Shown here piece after piece: positions 48,694 to 60,700 of a stretch of 64,000 nucleotides of DNA (its first letter is position 1; every line of letters starts with the position of its first letter). The DNA comes from Mitosporidium daphniae. Its lineage: Eukaryota. A program made the position numbers and the translations under genes. The stretch covers positions 1 through 64,000 of the forward strand of contig NW_013546645.1 in the NCBI RefSeq assembly GCF_000760515.2. The letters are read 5' to 3'. A model generated the notes under the pieces. The model did not search any database. It was not told the DNA's origin and worked only from the letters and a program-made list of their open reading frames with translations.

Positions 48694-49332
48694 TCTTTTC
48701 CTGGGGAAACCTTTCGTGATGAATTAGATCACCACATGAAATGTGTTGACAATCGACAAAGCTTTCTTTTGATCCTTACGGAAAACTTGGACTCTTTTCT
48801 CAAGAACGACGACGAAATATCCCAGTTTTTTGACCAGAAAACTCTAAAAAACGAAGATTTAGTACAAAAGTTTTTCAAAGGCAATTATTCAAATGCTGCT
48901 GAAGAGGAGCAGAAACTACGGTATGCTGTATCTACTCATTTCAAGAAATGGGCTGATCATGCACTGGTGCCAGCTGTAATTCAATCCCATGGTGTAAATA
49001 TTACCGTGAAAGAAGACAACACCCTTTCTTTTAAAGGGGCAAAAGGTAAAATCTGGGAATTGGGAAACTATGTTGCTAAAAACGATTCAAATTTCACCTT
49101 TTCGCTTCAAGGCTTGACGAGCGGTGTATTAAAGATACCCATTTTGGGTGAAAAGCTCGAACCTTTAGATCTGCTCAAGGGAATATATATTTGGAATCAA
49201 GATAAAATGGATAACTTGGATCATATGAATATGAATATGAAGGCTGCACAGGGCGCGTTGATTGATGCAAGTAATTCCACAATTACGCTATTGGGATACA
49301 TGTATCGGAATTTAACCGCCAAAAATAGTTAG
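48058..49332 (+). CDS. Paralog B of the orphan 2-TM protein; lacks the kinase-like tail
   Basis: Identical to paralog A from MWLKNS to RGFVNNK apart from a 12-aa repeat expansion. It then diverges and stops shortly after LLGYMY. Confidence 0.6.
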   Translation: MWLKNSIKKMQTHYTGLDGMLTVAITACICIATLLALRVAYGLAVPARSRSKHLHTYIFKLAGICTVIGFSAYFISSTNSSTNSPTDSSTNSSKNSSTDSPTDSSKDQKAEYNRANGLFCNFAGKYPDYTWRLKNVTDFYVFFNGSQDRTYFPSALKPMFYFPRQDGFFTAEKIPSNETSSPPKWIRSFYCTESIESFLKIFFISRGFVNNKSFPGETFRDELDHHMKCVDNRQSFLLILTENLDSFLKNDDEISQFFDQKTLKNEDLVQKFFKGNYSNAAEEEQKLRYAVSTHFKKWADHALVPAVIQSHGVNITVKEDNTLSFKGAKGKIWELGNYVAKNDSNFTFSLQGLTSGVLKIPILGEKLEPLDLLKGIYIWNQDKMDNLDHMNMNMKAAQGALIDASNSTITLLGYMYRNLTAKNS

Positions 49333-49405
49333 TTCGAAGTTTGTTGGTGCGCCAATCGCCATTAAGAGGGGTCTATAAAATTAAAATTTAAAATATCAAT
49401 TCCAC

Positions 49406-50414
49406 ATGCAAGCATTGAAAGCCGAATTAGAGGCGAAAAAGGCATCACTTGAATATACACGCTCAGAATCACGTAAATTGTACGTTGCAAGAAGAGATAT
49501 TGAAAAAGAGCGCGTGAACTCGTATCTATCTGCACATGAGGAGCGCCAATTGGTCAAAAAGAGATGCATTCCCCCACAAGAGACTGTTCCGTGTCAGCCT
49601 ATTTCTTCTGCAGAAAAAAAGGAAGCATTACCCCACCAAGCTTCTTACAGCAAAGCTGCAACGATAAAGATAAACACAATTGAAAATTCAGAGGAGAACC
49701 GATTTTCCACGCTTCTTTTCGAGCATCAAGACACACTTTCTCTCGATCTCAAGATGAACAAAGAACACGGCATGACATCACACGAGTTCCTTTTCCTATT
49801 TTTCAAGTTTGTTCATTTTAATTTCTCACATTAGAAAATTGCTACTAGAATGGGAAAAGGCCGAGATCCGGCAAGAACCAACCAACGGACAGGTGCTCCA
49901 TCCTCAACTGCCCCACGAGCATAAGCCCAGGGCATTTCCGGAAAATCAAATGGCCCTGAAGGGCGTCGAAACGAAAATGGACCAGCCTGAATCTTTGCAT
50001 CTGAAGGTGATTAGCGAATTGCAGCCTGTTGTCAGGAACAAGCAGTTTCTTTCCGAAATTTTTACCCAAACCAGCCAATATTTGATGCCGTTTTTTGTGC
50101 TTTTGCAAGAACAAAATATTCCGGACTCGGTGATTGAACACCTTATGGAGATTGTCGGCTTTTTGCAGACGAAACAATATGTCAAGGCAAACGACGCCTA
50201 TATACGCCTCTCAATAGGTAATGCGCCATGGCCTATTGGCGTAACCATGGTTTGTATACATGAGCGTTCAGCTCGGGAGCGTATTCACTCGAATCAGGTA
50301 GCACATGTGCTAAACGATGAGCGTCAACGCAAGTGGATCCAGTCCATCAAGCGGTTGATTTCCTTTTGCCAACGCGCATACCCACCTGCCCGTATTACGC
50401 AGGCTCTAGGCTAG
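49406..50414 (+). CDS. PRP18: Pre-mRNA splicing factor Prp18
   Basis: ANDAYIRLSIGNAPWPIGVTMVCIHERSARE..AHVLNDERQRKWIQSIKRL. One intron at ~49807-49834. Confidence 0.93.
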
Positions 50415-50529
50415 CTATAAATACCGCAGGGTCTCGTCTCATTTGGAAATCGGGGGGGGGTTTAATTTCCATTTCGCTAGCGTTCTGACTCCGCCCTTTG
50501 ATTTGTTTTGGTCTAGTTGTATGATTAGT

Positions 50530-51543
50530 TTATTGAAGGCTCCTTGGTTTAAGCCAGCGCGCCTGTATGAATGTGCGCTCGAGATCGAGGCCATCTCTCG
50601 CGTTCACGGTCCGCCGCGTGACGTACCTGTTTTCCAGGACTACAAATCCTGCTCCTGAAAAAAGCGCCTTCGCGTACTCTGCCAATAAATAGTAAATGGG
50701 CATGTCAAATGGGATCGGTGAAGGGTATGGTTAATGGTAAAGTTAGCCCGAATCACGGGTGATGATAGGAAACATAAAAAGTAAAGCGTGGAGGCCTACC
50801 TGCAGAAAAGAAGAAGGAAAGCGTCCCATCCTGCCGTACAAAAGTATGTTCGTCAATTTTTCTGTCCTCTTTAAAGCGGAGCTGTGCCAAATCATTAACT
50901 GCATAATCGCGGAAGAAGAGCACACTACCTGGCCGGAGGAGCTAGGATTCAATGCAGAAAGGCTTACCTCAAAGGCATTCCGGACCACTAGATTATGGCT
51001 GGCTGGAGGTACTGCTGAAAGCATAAAGACGAGCGTCGCGAGTGTAAAGCTTGGATGCATCTTGGTCGTGTCAAGTAGGGAGTAAAAATTCTTCCATGTT
51101 GGGGCTGGACTGGCATCCAAGCACAGGCCTTGCATGCCAAAATTACAGTTAATGTCTTGATTCTTGTGCATGGGAAGGCCAAGGGCCAATTGACCCTGAG
51201 AGATATCTGTGGCAAAATCAAAAGCGGCCACCCAAAGCCGATGTGCAAACCGCTCATATTCGGGTGATTCCATGATCAGCTTTACTGCCTCTGTGGATAT
51301 CTCGACACCATAGCAACGCAGCAATGGAAACTCTCTAAGTAACGGAAAAAGCAGATTCCCTACACCACACCCAATCTCAAGCAGGAAATGACCTTCCCCC
51401 TCTCCAGACAACTCTGCAAATTCAGTACCGAGCCAGTGACGATCACGGAAAAAGTGGTCCTTGTTACGACGATAAAAGAGATTCCAGCTCTTCTCACCAC
51501 ACTCAGAAAGGTATTTGGACGTCCAAAATGGCGGTATCACCAT
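50530..51543 (-). CDS. tRNA m3C methyltransferase, METTL6/METTL2/Abp140 family
   Basis: WNLFYRRNKDHFFRDRHWLGTEFAEL, LEIGCGVGN, VFMLSAV, FRDYAVNDLAQLRF, RQDGT, RTFIQARW. Introns of ~26 nt and 121 nt (50679-50799). Confidence 0.88.
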
Positions 51544-51745
51544 CACTTAAATGTACAAAATTTATTCAAACTTCGGACACCTCTGATAAGTGCGCATCCT
51601 TCAATTGAGCCGCGGCTATCGACCAAAAATCGGTGAGCCAAAGATCAGCATACCAAGGCACACGCTAATGATAGATGGCAAAAGGAAATTTCAATTTCGA
51701 TGCCACGACCACCGGGAGTCTGACTTGGTGACCATCAGGGTTAGG

Positions 51746-54700
51746 TCAGAATTCAGGATGCCATCGTGGGTCCACGCCAGAAATATCTTGACAGGCCTTC
51801 GATGCCTGTGAAATGAGCTCGACGATAGGTGCATAAAGTGAGACTGGCAGTGGTTGCTTGACCTTGGATTCGCTCTGGACGGTAGCTTGGGTTCCGGCTG
51901 CTGTTGATCCCCCATCCTGAATGTCTTCTTGGGAAAAGACGACCTGGCTCACGTAAGCAGAGACATGTGCAGAAATGATGTCCTTTTCTTTCTCGCAAGC
52001 AAGAACTTTGATGCGTTCTAAAGCCCCTCGTGCATGAATAGAGGGACCACGAACCCGTTGCTCCATCGTTGGCTGGCTACCAGCTAGAAGATCAAAGAGA
52101 TCGCTAATTTCTTCAGAGCGATGGGAAAGTTCATCCGCAAGGGCATGCACGGATGGCACAAAGAGCCCATCTACAAAAACACGGCCCAAGAATGTTTGCA
52201 GTGCAGGTCCCATACGGAACACAAGGGGAGCATGCAGCACACGCATACCCGGTGCTTGGGTATCATAACGCAGCGATGAAGGGTCAATTTTGATAGCACA
52301 AGCAGAGTTGGGCTGCGTCGACATTTCTTGCGAGGCATTTGGAGCCCGTTCAGTGGCTGATAAAGCCAGTTCATGTGCCGTAGCGTCAAGACGCTCAAAC
52401 AGCGCAGCGCCAATCCAGGAGAGCCGACCGTGCGCCAAAGGGCCTAACCCAATTGAGGCTAAATCGCGCTGCCGTACGCTTCCCAGGATGCTCCATCCCG
52501 TGATCAGAGCAGCCCATTGTAGTGCAAACGACTTGCGATAAAGCCAATAGTCTTGAGAATTGGCCAGCCGTGCAGCTACGAATGCTGCCAGTACTGAGGA
52601 ACACGCCATCTGTATGTCCTGTTCTTTAGCCGGCGTTTGGGGCTTCATTGGCCCTGCCGTTGCAATTTCTACTTCCGCCGGCTGAGCAGCGGCGCCGGTG
52701 GTCGTATTTAAGCATTGAGCCATGGAGAGCGGGTCTACAATGATGTCTGGAGATGCAAGAACAACCATGCAGGATCCATTTCCATTCAGAGCATCAGAGG
52801 CAATTAGTGGCAACAAAGATGAATTCCACGTGAGCAGCGGAGATGCCCGTTGGCGAACCAGACGCCCCTTTGAGGCAACTCCGCCCAGCATCCAAAGAAG
52901 CCGCGATGCTGTGGCCGCACCAAGTATGGCATTGACCCTTTCGGTGTCATTAAAAATGGTAATAGCCCGCACACTGCCATCACTAAGATATACCACAAGC
53001 CCATAATGACCATCTGTTTGGCGCAGGATGGCACCAAAGGAGTCGATTTTTGTAGATGATGCCCCAGTATCGCCTTTGCGTGGTAATACCAAACGCTGAC
53101 CAGGTAATTCGAGCTCATCATCCATTGGGAGACGTGGGAACGAAGAAAGCCAACGCGAAGTTACATGCACAGGGCTCACTACCACATTGCACCGTTTCTT
53201 TTTTGAGGGCAGGTGATTGTTTTTCTTTGCCGACATTAGGCTGTTTTGCACTTCCCCCAAAAAGATGATCATTGTCTCCGTGGCCAAAGGATGGACTGCC
53301 CGTAGCATAGACAATAGCGCTGCCATTTCGTCTCCATTAGAATCCAAAGCTTTGCTTCGAATACGTGCTGAAAGCGGATAAAAGAGAAGATTCGGGAAAA
53401 GGCGTCCAATGCGCTGCAATAAGCTTCGTAGCCTGGAGCCTAGCTCCATGGTTGAGCTAGAGCCCGGAGAATCTCGCAAGTCATCAAGCATTTCTTCCAG
53501 AAACGGTAGCCACGGAGCCAAAGGAAGCTCTGCCAAATACAGATCAAAAATGCCTGCAAGCTCTGGCGCCATTCGCAACATCTTCAAAATCATAGAAGCA
53601 AGTAACAAAGCTTGACTGTGCGTGCACCCATTGCTCAGTCCAGAGCCATAGCGGAGATCCTCAGCATCTTCATCGCAAAAAGAGCGCTCATGCGAAGATG
53701 AGTTTGTCCCGTTTGGATCAGAAGAAGAGGCAGATGCCACAGAAGATGATGCTGTTGAAGGATCATTGCGTCTTTGGTTGGCATTTTGGTGATGAGACGC
53801 AGAAGAGGAAGAGGATGTTCCAAGAATCATTGCCTGCAAGTAACAGTGAATAGCATGCATTGCAAATGTTTGTGCGTTAGGCTCCTCCGGATACGGTGTC
53901 AATGCAGTAAATGAGGTCAACGTCGACGGAGAGGTTGTCCCCAGTGAAGTGGCGGATGTGATATTCAGCGAACATGGTGGTGGTTTTGCTAGGCCAGGAG
54001 ATCTTCCAGCGGTCAATGAGGATTCATCTGCGGAGCACGTGCCAGCAGCTTCCACGCCCAAATCATGATTTTCTTCTTCTTTTTTGGCGATAAATGCACG
54101 GAAGCGGCGGCGATTATAATGACCCCAGGCAGCCCAGGCGCGTCCGTGGTTGATGTCCAGCTGTACTGCTTGCGAGTGAACCTTGTTTGCTTCTTCAATT
54201 CCGGTGAGGTTAAGAGCCTCCAAAAAACGGCCTTTAAGGGAAAAAAAGTCCGACTTTTGAGAGGCGCCAAAGTATGCCAAATTTGTAGAGTTGATAATCT
54301 CAAGCCCAGCTACAAGCAACAACGTTCCCGGAGACGCACAGCATGCCGTGGAACTGGATTTGGCTGCGCCTTGGTCATCCGCACATCCTTCGGTGGCTTG
54401 TGCCGTGCTGCTGTTGGTGTCCGTATTTGCACTTGTAGCCCCTCCACTAGCACCACCAAACGTAGCAGCAGCGTGAAGTGGTACGGCCGCTGTCAGCCAT
54501 GGTGCTGACAGCGGATCGTAAAATGCATCAAGATAGCATTGTGCTTGCTCGCTCAACTTCCAAAAAGCATCTTGAATCTCGATGTTGGGCAGCGTGTAAA
54601 TCTTATTGAGCAGCTGTACGCAAATATCTGGAAGACGATGGCGACGAGCTACAGTCGCAAAGCGATTGATCAGCCATGCGCTTTCATGATAACCGCGATA

Positions 54701-57700
54701 AATCAGGGTTCCTCCAGAAGATGCAGCAGAAGAGGCCGAAGATGGGGCCGTAGATGGGGCGTTCATATTGCCAGGACCTGCGGCTCCACCCATTATCACC
54801 ATGTTGTCTAGTTCCGTAACGGTGGCTGCAAAGAGCCCATTGATGGCCGAAAAGAGAGACTGCCTCCAAGCAGCCAGCTCAGACCATGCCCCAATGGAAT
54901 CATAATGGATGGAGGGAAGCCGTTCCCGCCAGGTGCCCAAGATTCCTCTGAGCTCTTGCACCATAGTCAATTGGGGCTGGAGCGGTGATGCATTGGAAAG
55001 GTGAAGATTGCCCGCTCCACCGCCTCCAGCACCAAGGAAAAGTCCGGCAGCTTCCTGCACTTCCACAAAAAGCTGAAAGAGAATTGATAGCGAATCATTT
55101 TGAGATGAGCCGATAAGTGGCCATGGCATGGCGGCCCATTGTGCAAGAGTCACCTGGAAACCTTCCTCGATAAGGCGGCCCAACTCAGCGACACGCCGAC
55201 CAGAGAGGACTGTTGATCCAGAGGATGCGTTAGCTCCTGGCCCATGGATCCCACCAGAAAGGCCAGCACCAGCGCTGGTACCAGTACCGCCCCCGCCGAT
55301 ATTTCCAACAACTCCCGTGATGATTTGATGTAAGTGAAGCAGAGCATCGTAAAAAAGACGCTTAGGTGTTGGGGCATCCGCAACAAGCTCTAGTGCCGCG
55401 CGCACAGCGGCTTGATCTTTAGAGGTGCTCCAGTCCAACAAGCGCCAAGATGCATCAAGTGAGAGGTCGATGTCATTGTCTACCTTTGCAAGTTCAACCA
55501 AAACGTCCCATTGTTGCAGCCGCCGCGCAGCAGCGATCCATCGCTCCTGCCATTGTTGCATTTCATCCCCGCCTTCTCCGAATGAATGGGAAGAGGCATT
55601 TTCAGACTTTTTTGCATCACAAGATGAACCTTTCCGGGCACCATAAGCATCATAATAAAAGGAAGATCCATCACCGCTAGGGCAAGCGGTACTATCACAC
55701 GGATCTTTCATGATGTTGACGATGTTTCCAACTTCGTTCTTGACAAGTGGTTCTGTGGCAAGACGTCCTGCTCGCGCAACAGCCTGCGCAGCCTCCAAAA
55801 CTACTTGTGCACCTTCAAGATATTCGGCCTGTTCCAGCGAGCTCGCAAGAATGGTCTGCCCGTGGCGTGCCTGGCATCTCCGTGCCCCGAATGCACCATC
55901 ACTCTCTCCCATTGCTTCATATAAATAGCCGAGAGCCTCATAATTTTGTGAAGCCCTACACATGGTCTCAAGAGAAAGTACAGGTGCAAACCAATTGAAG
56001 TTTTTGGCAAGGTACCGTAGCAGCATCTCACTGAGCCCAAACTGTACCATGATTTGGGGATGATGTAATGCGAGAGCTGAAATAGCCTCCAACAGCGTAC
56101 ATGCCGGTAGCGTGTGGTTTCGCGGGGACCAAGAAGTGGAAGAAGAGGAGCTAAGCAAATGATATGGCCGTGATAGATTGTATGAGAGATCAGCCCCTAT
56201 GGTTGAGAGCAATATCATGTCGGTTCCTTCGCGTTCGCGGTTTTGAGAAGCAGCTATGGCGATTTCGCCAAAACATCGTACCCAGCATACATGAGCCCAA
56301 GCTCCATCTACACGGGCTAGGGCTGAAATCGGACCTTGAAATTGGGAAAGTAAAGGTCCTCGAGCACGTTGTATGAGGGCCAAAGCTTCGTGGATCCAAT
56401 ATGAGGTCGCAATGGCCTCCCAGTTCTGAACGCCAAGAATATAACGCAGGGCTTTAAAGGGACCCTCCAGTGATGGTTGCGCAAATTCAAGAGAAAGATA
56501 AATCACCTCAATTAGCTGATCATACAGCTCAGGCTCGCCTCGACATTCTACCATCAAAGATAAAAAGTCTTTCTGTAGTTGAAAGGTTACTTCTGAATGT
56601 GCAAATGACGAGCAGGGCATCGCTTCAGGGGTAGATCGGGAAGGAAGATCCATTGATACATGGGACTTTCCATACACCAGACAAAGTAGCTGAACCATAG
56701 CCCGGCGCACTTTTCGGATACTTCCGAGCCGAATCTTGGCTAGAAGTAGGCCCAAATCACCCCAATGGTGAAGATTATGATCACCATCTTGGCCATTTGG
56801 GTGATCATCACGGCCGGCTCCAAAGTGACCTTCCATGGCCTGATGGCCCGAATCAGAGGAATTTTCGCGGAGCTTCGCGTAACAAGAGGCAGCCATAAAA
56901 AGCAAGTCCATTTTCTCTTTCAACATGAAAGTTCCCCCGTTGAGCCAGTGAAAAATTCTCACCAGAATATCTTCGATTACGGCAAGAGGATAAAGCATCG
57001 GATGCGAGGTAATCATTCCGATCACGCCAAGGAATTTTTGTCGCTCCTCGCTAGATGAGACCAAGTTAGATGCCAAAGCATCCCTTTCAATGATATCAAA
57101 AATGAGTATCATTGCTAAGCCACGAATGGTGGAGAGTATCTCTTGAGGACCGCCCATTAAAATATCCTTTTCCGTGATAATGGCGGTACAGAAAGCAACC
57201 TCAGAAGCAGAGGCCGGGGCTCCCGGCGCAAGTGCTTCGCGTGCCAGATCTGACAGCATGCTAATTAGCACCGAAATAGGAAGCAATGTTGGAGGTGCAG
57301 CTGCGATGGAGGCGGTAGATTTCGCCTGAAAGTCATTGTTATCTTCGTGAGCGTACAACACTTCACCAGCTATTGTCGGCAAGGCGGCAGTTGTACGTTT
57401 TGAAGAAACAGCGCCAAAGTTCGACCAAATAAAGAGCAAGACAGGCAGCAGTGAAGGAAGCGAAACTATGAGTGCCGGATTGAAATCAGAGGGAACAACA
57501 TCCAGTCTTTCCACAACTTGACCGTTTTTCTTATAAAATAAAAGACCAGAAAGCGACAGTGAAATACGAAGCGAGAGCACAGATGAAAGAAGAGGAGAAG
57601 ATGTCATTGCAGACGAGAATGAGTTTGCTCCCCCACTAACACCATGTTGAAGCAGCGATGTTGGGTATGAAAAAAAGAACCCAGGAAAAAGCGAAGGGAT

Positions 57701-60700
57701 ACGCTCCATAATTATCTTCACATATCTTTCTCGCTCTTCCTTGGCATTTACGCAAAATATCATTTCAAGCAAAAAGAGGGCATTAAGAATCGATCGTAAA
57801 GGCTTAGGCAATTCCGAAAACGATGTCGCAAAAGCTTGAGTAGCCATGGGAGGTTCGGCAGACGAGGATGCCTGAGCTGCGTTTGCAGGCAGTGGGATCA
57901 TGGACGCAGTTTGTGCTGGAGAGGATTGGAAAATCTCATCAACCAAATGCCATGGCAAGGAGAGTCCAGCTTCTGCAGCAGACATAGCCAGTTTTAATGC
58001 ATATGCATCATACTCCAGGCAAGGCATTGATGATACCGATGCTGCCAAAGAGGCACCACCACCATTACACACCGTTGATGAGGGGTTCACCGGTGGCGTA
58101 AAGGTAGGCTTTGCCATGAGAGAAGAAGAACACAGGGTATACCCTTGGCCAGAAAGGATGATTCGAAAAAGGGTTTCAGAGGTGCCCTCCCAAACACCAG
58201 GCCCAAGGATCGGTATCAAAGGCAAAGGTTGAGCCGCCTGGGCGACGCGAGTCCTTTTTCGCACGTGATGCTGCTTGGACGAAGATGTTGTTGATACTGG
58301 AGAAGGAGTCGTTGCAGATGAGTTGTTAATGGAAAGAGTTATAATGCAATCGATAATTAAGAGCTGGCCACTTTTCATAAGATCAGAAATAGGTGATTGT
58401 GGCTGCGAAAGTAGCGAGCTTATCACTTCCAATGCCGAGTACCACCACCAACAAGGAGCTTGCCCCATTGCAGCCGTGATCTGCAGGGGAGATATGGTTT
58501 TTATTGGCGATGGGACACCTGCTGTTGAATTTTCTATCTTTGCTGATGAAGGAATCCCCAAAAAGGGAGGAAACCCTGGAGCTTTGTATGAAAACGAGGT
58601 TGGTATCACGCGAGCTTGATTTGAGCAGGCGGTCATTGAAGCAAGAGCGCTCCAAACAATTCCGTGTTGTTGAGAAAGTGACGCCATAACATGCTCGGAT
58701 CCAGATATTGAGCCAAGGCCTTTTGTCATAGGTGGGCCATAGCCTGCAAGTACATGCAGAATGGCGGAAAGTACGCGTTCGAGCGACATTGATAACGCTA
58801 TTGTCAGGATCTCTATCACTGCAAATAGACGTCGAGAATCAACAATAGTGCTGTTTGAGCCACCAAAATCTAGCAATACACGGAAAGAAGACTCGAGTTC
58901 TCCATTTGCACCTACTTCATTTGGATGAGATGCATAAAGAAGCACCTGAGCCGCAGCGAGATTGTACCGATCCTCGTCACCGTCGGTAGGAAGTTCCTTG
59001 GCAACAGTAGTAATGGTAGTGTGGCACCACTCGTTTAAAGACTCCGAATTGAGACGAACCGACATTTTCGCGATGGCAAAGAGAAGGGCAGAAGAGCAGA
59101 ACCCCCGCTTTTCGATGATTTTTACCAATTTTTCTTGTGAAACCTTGTCAAGTTCTTTCAAATCATTGATCCAAGAAACAAGAAAGGCCTCCCGAGCAGC
59201 CCAATTAGGAGGGTCATCACAGGGATCAACGGCATCGATAAGGCTGCAAATAAAGTTAAGATCACACTGTATACGCTGCTCAAGAACCTGTGGAAATGAA
59301 TCCACCAATGCAGCTAGTAGAGGTAGCAGCAGAGGTGCATTTTCGTTGCAATGAAGCACACCATCGCTAGAGGACACCTTCGCTATATCAGATGCCTTAG
59401 GAGCTGTGGCGACCAGCAGGGCGGTACCTGCTTGCCAAAGAACATCTTCGAGTGAAGTGGCAAAGGCATCTCCAAAACGAAGCAGTATCCGCTCTCCTCC
59501 CTTGCGGGGCTTAACCTTATGTCTTTGGATCATCCGCACAATGAGGGTTGAGACACTCTCTGCAAGCTGCGGGCTCAGAAGCTTGCATACTGAAGAGGAT
59601 CCGGAAGCGGAGGGATTCTTGCAAGACAATGGATCTTTGTCTTGTTGAAGATGCCCAGAAAGAGTACCTCTTTGTAAAGAAAGAAGCATGGAGGCAACGA
59701 CTTCGGAAAAATTTGCATTGGCCCCTGGGCTGTCCCTCCAGCTTTGATTGTTCTCTCCTAGATCGAGACGACTGGCCAGAAGCTCCCAAGTTCCTGGAGA
59801 AAGCACAATGTCCCGTGCCTCACTGTGCATCGCCATGAGCTCACAAAAAAGCCCAACAATACGATCATCCTTCAGTCGTTCTCCCCCAACAATCACTTCA
59901 ATGGTAACCGAAAGGTGTTTGCAAAGATAGCGCAGTACGGGCCTCCTGAAAGGCGAGGCTCTTGTCCTGCGAACCATTTCTTCAAGTGAGCACAGAGCGA
60001 CCAGCGTCTCTTCTAGAAATACTGATGAGGTTGGTGGAAGCAGATGGAAGACATCCAAAATGGCTACGATGATGCCGATTTCTGGCGCCAAGATTTCTGG
60101 AGGCCCAGAAGGAGACGCCGCCTTGGCAGCTTCAGCCCATTGCCTGAGATGCTCTAGCAACTTGCGACCAATTTCGGCTTTAAAATAAGAAGTGAGAAGC
60201 TCAAGTAAGCGGCCGAGACCCTCTAGCCCAGGTATGGTTAACCGCTTATAATCGGAGAGGTTCATCAACACGGGACGAAGACCGTGCTGCATTAGCTCTT
60301 TCGGTAGCTTGTGCTGCATGGCTATGACGAGAGCAAGACCTGTTTTACTTGCGCCCACTATATCAGGATTTCGAGCATAAAGAGACTTGAAAAAGATGGA
60401 CACAATTCGATTCCTGAGTGCCAAATGGTTTCCCGGTGCTGAAAAAGTAGGCGAGCCCATGGCTGCCGTAAGGAGCCGGATGCAAGCTATGCGAAGCCGG
60501 GCCCCGAACGGGCCATTGCTTCCCTTGGCCACTGCTGATGTGACAGAAGGTGAGGAGGCAATCTGTGACCCTGAAGGAGTGGTGGCGCTCGGTGCAGGCG
60601 ATGAAGAGGTTGTGTTTGAGGCTGCATGTGCTGGACCTGCACTTGAAGGTGTAGCAAGCGATGCTGAGACCGAATTTACTCCCATTGAAATTGAAGATTG

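Noticed and set aside
1492..51543. Apparent frameshifts, pseudogenes or an alternative genetic code in fragmented genes
   Set aside because: Every break I examined is resolved by a short GT-AG intron that restores conserved motifs under the standard code.
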